Assembly: GCA_036679605.1 (NCBI GenBank)
Contig: JAZDCZ010000259.1
Coordinates: 1-54,051 of the forward strand
DNA: 54,051 nucleotides
DNA from: Gemmatimonadota bacterium
GTDB taxonomy: Bacteria; Gemmatimonadota; Gemmatimonadetes; Gemmatimonadales; GWC2-71-9
Reading direction: 5' to 3'
Position numbers and translations under genes: made by a program. How positions within the stretch are numbered: the first letter of the stretch is position 1; each line of letters starts with the position of its first letter. Below the pieces are notes generated by a model that was given only the letters and a program-made list of their open reading frames with translations, was not told the origin of the DNA and did no database searches. Positions 47,737 through 54,051 of the stretch are shown piece by piece.

Positions 47737-48053
47737 CGAAGAAACATCGTTTCTGTAAACAAGAGCGGTAGTAGTACTCCCAAGAAACCCAGCGTTCCTG
47801 CAAGCGGCGCAAAAAGTATAATTACCAACGCGAGACCAACAAGCCGTACAGCCATTCCTCCGGCCCAACGACGCACAAAGACGCTAGTCGGCGCCGCCAT
47901 TTTTGGAAGCAGTAGCCCAACAGCAGCGACCTGCGATGCTGTAGCCACGACCCCGCCACCAAAGCTACCCCAGCCACCTATCGCCCCGGCTGCAGCGCTC
48001 AATACGAGGCCCACGCCGATAACTGAAGCGGTATTCCGCAGCGTGGCCTTCAG
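47733..48053 (-). CDS. AtpI-like membrane protein
   Basis: Hydrophobic ORF between the atpZ-like gene and atpB; frame open to a CTG at 48053 overlapping the upstream TGA. Confidence 0.7.
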   Translation of the reverse strand: MKATLRNTASVIGVGLVLSAAAGAIGGWGSFGGGVVATASQVAAVGLLLPKMAAPTSVFVRRWAGGMAVRLVGLALVIILFAPLAGTLGFLGVLLPLLFTETMFLR

Positions 48054-48304
48054 TTTCGCTTCCCTTCGGATTTGCTTCGCTCAACGTCTTGCTGCACCTC
48101 ACGCAAGATCGCGTAGAACCCCAAACCCCCACCTAAAAAGGCGCCCAGGATGGTCAACACAGGCCTTATGCCGAGCCAACCGTCGGCCTTCCATCCCAAA
48201 TAAAGAAACAACAGAATGGCACCGACGAACTGGAACCCCACGCCCACGTAGAGGTACCCACGACCAAAACTCCTTGCGGGTCCATTGTCGTCTTTAGGCT
48301 CCAT
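48050..48304 (-). CDS. AtpZ/AtpI family protein
   Basis: LGWKADGWLG..P..TILGAFLG; first gene of the atp operon. Confidence 0.8.
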   Translation of the reverse strand: MEPKDDNGPARSFGRGYLYVGVGFQFVGAILLFLYLGWKADGWLGIRPVLTILGAFLGGGLGFYAILREVQQDVERSKSEGKRN

Positions 48305-48323
48305 GCGGCCGGAAATCTACCGA

Positions 48324-48341
48324 TTGTGAAAAAAATCGCAA
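48324..48341. promoter_or_regulatory. Rex-type operator overlapping the predicted atp promoter
   Basis: TTGTGAA-AAAA-ATCGCAA versus consensus TTGTGAA-N4-TTCACAA (2 mismatches); overlaps minus-strand TTGCGA-N16-TAGATT. Confidence 0.65.
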
Positions 48342-48447
48342 GGAAAAAGGTGGCTGAAATCGGTATAGGCGGGTAGGATTCACCTCACGAACAGAACCAG
48401 CGAAGGCTCCTGCCCTGATCACTCGCAGGCGAAGGGATATTCCAAGA

Positions 48448-49464
48448 GTGCACGCGCAACCAGCCAGAGTTGAAGACAACGATATTCAGCTTCTCGAGCG
48501 CCTCTCTGACGCCCGTGCAGCTCTATTAGAACAGGTAAGCCACCGAATCGTAGGGCAGTTGGAAGTACTCGAGGGCATACTTACCGCAGTTGTCTCCGGC
48601 GGTCACGGACTCCTGGTCGGCGTACCCGGCTTGGCCAAGACACTCATGGTTTCGACCATCGCAGAGGCGCTCGATCTCAAGTTCTCCCGGATCCAGTTCA
48701 CGCCGGACCTCATGCCCAGCGATATAACCGGCACGGAGATCATCGAAGAGGACCCGACCACGGGCAAACGCGAGTTCCGCTTCGTACGTGGCCCAGTGTT
48801 CGCCAACGTGGTTCTTGCCGATGAGATCAACCGGACTCCGCCCAAGACTCAAGCAGCATTGCTGCAGGCGATGCAGGAGCATGAGGTGACCGCGGCGGGA
48901 GACACTTACCGTCTACCTGAACCATTCTTTGTGCTGGCCACACAGAATCCGATCGAGCAGGAAGGAACCTACCCGCTGCCGGAGGCTCAGCTCGACCGAT
49001 TCATGCTGGAATTGAGGGTGCCGTACCCCGATCGCGACGATGAGGAACGAATCGTCGAGGCAACGACCGGTGATGAAGAGCATCACGTCAAAGCGGTGCT
49101 GACCGGACCGGAACTCACGCAAATCCAACATCTCGTGCGGCGGATCCCGGCCCCGAAACCGGTGGTGAGGGCAGCCGTGTCGCTCACTCGCATGACCCGC
49201 CCAGATGACGAACACGCTCCGGCAGCGGTCAAGGAGTACGTTGAATGGGGAGCCGGACCGAGAGCATCCCAGCATCTGGTGTTGGGCTCGAAAGCCCGCG
49301 CGGCCCTGGATGGAAGACCCATGGCTGACTTGGACGACCTGAAGAGCGTGGCACTATCGGTCTTGAGACACCGTGTCGTGGTGAACTTCGCCGCGGAGGC
49401 CGCCGGGCGCACTGCACAGGACGTGTGTGAGGAATTGATAGACGGGGGTGGCTGGATCGAATAG
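48448..49464 (+). CDS. MoxR family AAA+ ATPase
   Basis: GVPGLAKT, RIQFTPDLMPSDITG, LADEINR, ATQNPIEQEGTYPLPEAQLDRF. Confidence 0.93.
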   Translation: MHAQPARVEDNDIQLLERLSDARAALLEQVSHRIVGQLEVLEGILTAVVSGGHGLLVGVPGLAKTLMVSTIAEALDLKFSRIQFTPDLMPSDITGTEIIEEDPTTGKREFRFVRGPVFANVVLADEINRTPPKTQAALLQAMQEHEVTAAGDTYRLPEPFFVLATQNPIEQEGTYPLPEAQLDRFMLELRVPYPDRDDEERIVEATTGDEEHHVKAVLTGPELTQIQHLVRRIPAPKPVVRAAVSLTRMTRPDDEHAPAAVKEYVEWGAGPRASQHLVLGSKARAALDGRPMADLDDLKSVALSVLRHRVVVNFAAEAAGRTAQDVCEELIDGGGWIE

Positions 49465-49491
49465 GTCAAACCCTTGGGTTTGCAGACAGTG

Positions 49492-50496
49492 ATGCAGGAA
49501 CCACGCGTTTCCGTACTTCTCCCATGCCGCGACGCGGCGGCGACTCTGGACGAGGCACTCGAGTCCCTGGTGCACCAGACCTTCGAGCAGTTCGAGATCA
49601 TCGCCGTGGACGACGGCTCCTCCGACGCGACCCCTGAAATATTGAGTAAGTGGACAGCTCGTGACTCCCGCATAGTCACGGTTCGTACGCACCCCCGTGG
49701 AATCGTTGAGGCCCTACGAACCGCAGCCGAGTTGGCGAAGGGTGACGTGATTGCCCGCATGGACGCAGACGACATCGCCGTCGCAACACGATTCGAACGG
49801 CAGATCGATTTTCTCGACACTCACACCGACCTTGTAGCATGCGGAACCATGGTCGAGTACATACCACGCAAGACGGTGCGCGACGGGGCGCAACGCTACG
49901 AACAGTGGGTCAACAGCGTAATCAGTCTCGAGCAAATGCAGCGCGACCTCTTCGTCGAGTGTCCGATCCCCCACCCCACGCTCGTAATGCGACGTGCAGT
50001 GTTCGAGGCGGTGGGTGGGTATCGCGATGCAGGTTGGCCCGAGGATTACGACTTGATGTTGCGGTTTTGGGAAGCGGAACACCGGTTCGGGAAGGTTCCG
50101 GAGGTTCTCTTGCAATGGAGGGAGCGGCCCGATCGGTTATCGCGGACGCATGTGAGATACACACAAGAAGCGTTCGTGCGCTGCAAGGTTCACTTCCTCC
50201 GCCGCCGCATCGCTGAGCGGCCCGTCGTTGTTTGGGGAGCGGGGCCCGTTGGAAAATCGTTCTCGCGCGCACTGCAGGACAACGGTCATGAAATCGTGGC
50301 GTTTGTAGATCTCGACCCGCGCAAAATCGGGCAAACGATTCACGGCGCCCCGGTCGTGCATCCCGACTCCATAGAGGAGTATCGCTCTGCATATGTGCTT
50401 GCCGCGGTGGCTTCGCTGGAAGCGCGCGACGAAATCCGCGGGTCGCTGCGGGTCGCGGGGTTCCGCGATCCCGACGATTGCTGCGCGGTGGCGTGA
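49492..50496 (+). CDS. Glycosyltransferase family 2 with C-terminal Rossmann-like domain
   Basis: VSVLLP, VDDGSSD, ARMDADD, EDYD, WGAGPVG. Confidence 0.9.
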   Translation: MQEPRVSVLLPCRDAAATLDEALESLVHQTFEQFEIIAVDDGSSDATPEILSKWTARDSRIVTVRTHPRGIVEALRTAAELAKGDVIARMDADDIAVATRFERQIDFLDTHTDLVACGTMVEYIPRKTVRDGAQRYEQWVNSVISLEQMQRDLFVECPIPHPTLVMRRAVFEAVGGYRDAGWPEDYDLMLRFWEAEHRFGKVPEVLLQWRERPDRLSRTHVRYTQEAFVRCKVHFLRRRIAERPVVVWGAGPVGKSFSRALQDNGHEIVAFVDLDPRKIGQTIHGAPVVHPDSIEEYRSAYVLAAVASLEARDEIRGSLRVAGFRDPDDCCAVA

Positions 50497-50564
50497 CCTA
50501 TCCATCTGAAGACTTTGGTCGCATTTTCCTTGACCGGATCCACACAATCGCAGGAGAAGTGACC

Positions 50565-53500
50565 ATGCCGAGAACCGCATTACGGTGGCATACAGGCGCG
50601 TCGACTCTGACGGCGCTCTTATCCATCATTGCCATGCCCAGCTCGATCCACGCACAGCAGATCGCACCGGAGATGTACAAGCAACTCGAGTTCAGACATA
50701 TCGGACCGGTGGGCAACCGTGCGGCATCGGTAGCAGGCGTTGTGGGCGACCCGCACACGTATTACGCGGGCGCGGCGTCGGGCGGGATCTGGAAGACCGT
50801 GGACGGTGGGCTCAACTGGAAACCCATTTTCGACGACCAGCCGGTGCACTCCATCGGTTCGCTAGCCGTGGCGCCGTCCGACCCTAACGTCGTGTGGGCC
50901 GGCACCGGCGAGGCGTTCATCCGCTCCAACGTCTCCATCGGCAACGGGGTCTTTAAGTCTACCGATGCAGGGGCAACCTGGAAGCACATGGGGCTCGAAG
51001 GCACGGGCCGCATCGGGCGCATGGTCATCCACCCCACCAACCCCGACATCGTGTACGCCGCGGTGCTGGGCCACACTCACGCGCCGCAGCAGGAGCGCGG
51101 CATCTACCGCACCACTGACGGGGGCCAAACCTGGCAGCGCGTGTTGTTTGTGGACGAGAACACGGGGGCCTCGGACCTCGTCATGGATCCCAACAACCCG
51201 CGAATTCTGTTTGCGGGAATGTGGCAGATTGCTGTTCACCAATGGGGACGCGAGAGTGGGGGCCCTGGGAGCGGGATACATGCCTCGCGGGACGGAGGCG
51301 ACACGTGGACCCGTATCGAGGGACACGGGCTGCCGGAACTGCCGGTCGGCAAGATCGCGCTGTGTATGTCGCGTGACAACTCCGACAAAGTTTACGCGCT
51401 GATCGAGACGGGCGACGGCGTGCCGTGGCACGGAGAGGAAACCGACAGCGGCGAGCTTTGGCGCTCCGACAACGGCGGCACTGATTGGAAGTTGGCCAGC
51501 TACGATCGGGATTTGGCGGGCAGAAGCGCCTACTACACCCGCTGCGCCGTGTCGCCGGATGATGCCGACGAGGCGTACTTCCTCGCGGCCTCATTCAGCG
51601 TCACGCTGGACGGCGGCGAGACCAACGAGACACGCGGCTTCTTTCAGACCGACGGAGGCCCTTCACCCGGCTGGGACCACCACGACATGTGGATCGACCC
51701 CACCGATGGCGACAGGATGATCGTCTCGCACGACGGCGGCGTATCTATTTCCGAGAACAGAGGCAAGAGCTGGTTCTTGGTTCATCTTCCGATTGCCCAG
51801 ATGTACCACGTCACGGTCGACAACGAGATACCGTACAACGTGATGGGCAATCGGCAGGATGGTCCTTCGATGCGTGGTCCCAGCAACTCCAGGATCGGCG
51901 GGATCTTCGCCAATCGTGTCATCACGCGAGGAGCCTGGCGGGCGGTGGGCGGCGGCGAGAGCGGATTTGCCACACCCGACCCGGAGGACCCGGACATCGT
52001 CTGGTCCAGCGCTTCAGGGTTCGGTGCCGGTGGTGGCATCGTGGTGCGCTACAATGTGCGCACCGGACAGTATCGCCACCTCGAGGTCTGGCCCGAAGGC
52101 ACCGGAGGCTGGCCGGCCGAAGGCGTCAAGTACCGCTTTCAGTGGACGTTCCCCCTGCTGATTTCACCACACGATCGCAACACGATCTATGTCACGAGCC
52201 AGCACGTACACCGCACCACAAACGGCGGGCAGAGCTGGGACGTCATTAGCCCTGATCTCACAACCAACGACAAATCCAAACAGGGGATCTCAGGCGGCCT
52301 GACGCCAGACAACATCGGCGTCGAGTACTGCTGTGTGATCTACGCGTTCGACGAATCGCCGACTCAGGCCGGGGTGCTTTGGGCAGGCTCCAACGACGGC
52401 CTGGTACACGTGAGCAGAGACGGCGGCGAGAACTGGACCGATGTCACCGACAACATCCCCGGTCTTCCGCCACTGGGCGTAGTGCGAAACATCGACGCCT
52501 CCAAATGGGACGCCGGCAAGGCATACATCGCCATCGAACACCACCTCGTCGGCAACTTCGAGCCGTTTGTCTACAAAACGGAAGACTTCGGCGCGCACTG
52601 GAAGAGGATCACGCAGGGTATCGCCCAGAGCCCGCTCAGCTATGCCCGTAGCATTCACGAGGACCCGGTGCGTCCCGGGCTGCTGTACCTGGGCACCGAG
52701 AACACTCTGTACGTGTCGTTCAATGACGGCGATAACTGGCAGCCGCTGATGAACAACTTGCCACACACTCCGATGTACTGGCTCGTAGTACAGGAACAGT
52801 TCAACGATCTCGTGGTGGGCACGTATGGCAGGGGATACTGGATTCTGGACGACATCACGCCGCTCCAGCAGTTGACTGCAGATATCGTCTCGGCGGAAGC
52901 GCATCTGTTCCAGCCGCGCGACGCGTACCGGTTTCGCCCGGTAACCGAGTCGATGTTGCAGTTGAACGATCCGACGGCGGGACAAGATCCCGAGTACGGT
53001 GCGTCGATCAACTACTGGCTCGCGGCCCAAGCCGAGGGCGATGTCAGCATGAATATCTCCGATGGTTCCGGAACGACGGTGCGAACGCTGGAAGGCAAAA
53101 AAGATGTTGGCCTCAACCGTATTTGGTGGGACTTGAAGGGTGAGCCATCGACACAAATCAAACTCAGGACCAAGCCACTCTATGCCGACTGGGTCGACCT
53201 GGGCAAAGATCGGATTCGGGAGGTAGACAACGGCCGCGTCACGGTGTTGGCGCCCCCGGGTACCTACAGGGTGACTCTCACGGTTGGCGACCGAGAGTAT
53301 GAGCAAGAACTCAATGTGTTGAAGGACCCCCACTCTGAGGGAACCGAGGCGGACATCGGCGCGCAGACCGCCACCCTGCGGGCATTGCGCGAAGACGCCA
53401 ACTCCGCCGCCGAGATGGTCAACCGCATCGAGTTGATAAGACGCCAACTGTACGACCTCAAGGCCGTCGTCCAAGAGCAGGAGCGTTCGGAAGAGATCGT

Positions 53501-53816
53501 AACCTCGGCCGACGAACTGGACACCAAGCTATTGGGAGTAGAAGAAAACCTGATTCAGCTCAAGTTGACCGGTACAGGTCAGGACGGTGTCAGGTGGCCA
53601 TCGATGCTGCTGGGCCGCATCGGATACCTGGCGGGCGGCGTCGCCACAGCCGACTTCCGGCCGACCGATCAACATCTCGAAGTGCAAGGGATACTGAATG
53701 AACGCCTGAGACAGTATCGGGCGGAATTGGACGCGCTGCTCCAGGGTGCCCTGGCCGCGTTCAACCGGATGTTGCAGCAGTTGAATGTGGCGCCCGTGAT
53801 TATGGACCGGCAGTAG
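50565..53816 (+). CDS. Large secreted BNR/Asp-box (VPS10/sortilin-like) beta-propeller protein
   Basis: AGGAG then ATG 50565, signal peptide, many S/TxDGGxxW repeats, GTYGRG, helical C-terminus. Confidence 0.9.
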   Translation: MPRTALRWHTGASTLTALLSIIAMPSSIHAQQIAPEMYKQLEFRHIGPVGNRAASVAGVVGDPHTYYAGAASGGIWKTVDGGLNWKPIFDDQPVHSIGSLAVAPSDPNVVWAGTGEAFIRSNVSIGNGVFKSTDAGATWKHMGLEGTGRIGRMVIHPTNPDIVYAAVLGHTHAPQQERGIYRTTDGGQTWQRVLFVDENTGASDLVMDPNNPRILFAGMWQIAVHQWGRESGGPGSGIHASRDGGDTWTRIEGHGLPELPVGKIALCMSRDNSDKVYALIETGDGVPWHGEETDSGELWRSDNGGTDWKLASYDRDLAGRSAYYTRCAVSPDDADEAYFLAASFSVTLDGGETNETRGFFQTDGGPSPGWDHHDMWIDPTDGDRMIVSHDGGVSISENRGKSWFLVHLPIAQMYHVTVDNEIPYNVMGNRQDGPSMRGPSNSRIGGIFANRVITRGAWRAVGGGESGFATPDPEDPDIVWSSASGFGAGGGIVVRYNVRTGQYRHLEVWPEGTGGWPAEGVKYRFQWTFPLLISPHDRNTIYVTSQHVHRTTNGGQSWDVISPDLTTNDKSKQGISGGLTPDNIGVEYCCVIYAFDESPTQAGVLWAGSNDGLVHVSRDGGENWTDVTDNIPGLPPLGVVRNIDASKWDAGKAYIAIEHHLVGNFEPFVYKTEDFGAHWKRITQGIAQSPLSYARSIHEDPVRPGLLYLGTENTLYVSFNDGDNWQPLMNNLPHTPMYWLVVQEQFNDLVVGTYGRGYWILDDITPLQQLTADIVSAEAHLFQPRDAYRFRPVTESMLQLNDPTAGQDPEYGASINYWLAAQAEGDVSMNISDGSGTTVRTLEGKKDVGLNRIWWDLKGEPSTQIKLRTKPLYADWVDLGKDRIREVDNGRVTVLAPPGTYRVTLTVGDREYEQELNVLKDPHSEGTEADIGAQTATLRALREDANSAAEMVNRIELIRRQLYDLKAVVQEQERSEEIVTSADELDTKLLGVEENLIQLKLTGTGQDGVRWPSMLLGRIGYLAGGVATADFRPTDQHLEVQGILNERLRQYRAELDALLQGALAAFNRMLQQLNVAPVIMDRQ

Positions 53817-53938
53817 CCAAGGGCGGAAAAACAAGGCGGTAGATAAAGGGCGGTAGAGCTGGGCGGCATACGGGAAAAGGGAAAAGGGAGCGGATTGGCA
53901 GAATCAAAAAGATATCACGTCGCTATCAGCGACATCAG

Positions 53939-54051
53939 ATAGGGGTAGGGAGAACCGATTGGTTTCGGTCCCCCCTCCCTCCGAACCGGACGTGCGGTTC
54001 TACCGCATCCGGCTCTCCAGTTGGCGGTCTTACCCCTCAAGAGGATTGACG
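53939..54051 (-). mobile_element. 3' end of a group II intron (domains V and VI), continuing beyond the window
   Basis: Reverse complement gives DV GAGCCGGAUGCGGUAGAACCGCACGUCCGGUUC (53983-54015; AGC triad, AC bulge), then a DVI stem with bulged A (53946) and terminal AU. Confidence 0.9.

Noticed and set aside
47089..48297. 402-aa plus-strand ORF, and similar long ORFs at 35992-37173, 52290-53474, 33577-34248 and 34771-35541
   Set aside because: Antisense or alternative-frame shadows of well-supported genes in GC-rich DNA, with no recognisable motifs

Overview
Gene-dense bacterial chromosomal segment with about 54 CDSs. The gene repertoire and order suggest Gemmatimonadota (inference). Housekeeping content: an AGCS amino-acid symporter, guaB, a tungstate/molybdate ABC permease + ATPase with a PTPS/QueD-family gene, mobA and a frameshifted moeA, etfBA with ETF:quinone oxidoreductase, ligA-polX, an MMPL/RND exporter, an acyl-CoA dehydrogenase, an IDH/IPMDH-family dehydrogenase, the F0+delta half of a split ATP synthase operon with a Rex-like operator, MoxR, a GT2 and a large BNR/VPS10-like protein. 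A long minus-strand run (28.2-40.4 kb) ends in a Cys-Cys-terminated small protein, a cysteine-free ArsA/GET3 ATPase and CstA. The right edge holds the 3' end (domains V-VI) of a minus-strand group II intron. Best leads: the CC*-ArsA-CstA module (its first two ORFs are in frame across one UGA), a multibranch RNA structure between atpB and atpE, a PolX with a degenerate polymerase site, a possible attenuator before guaB, and a TPM/NTase-like/LemA operon. No CRISPR array, tRNA or rRNA was seen. All calls come from motif recognition by eye; no database searches were run.
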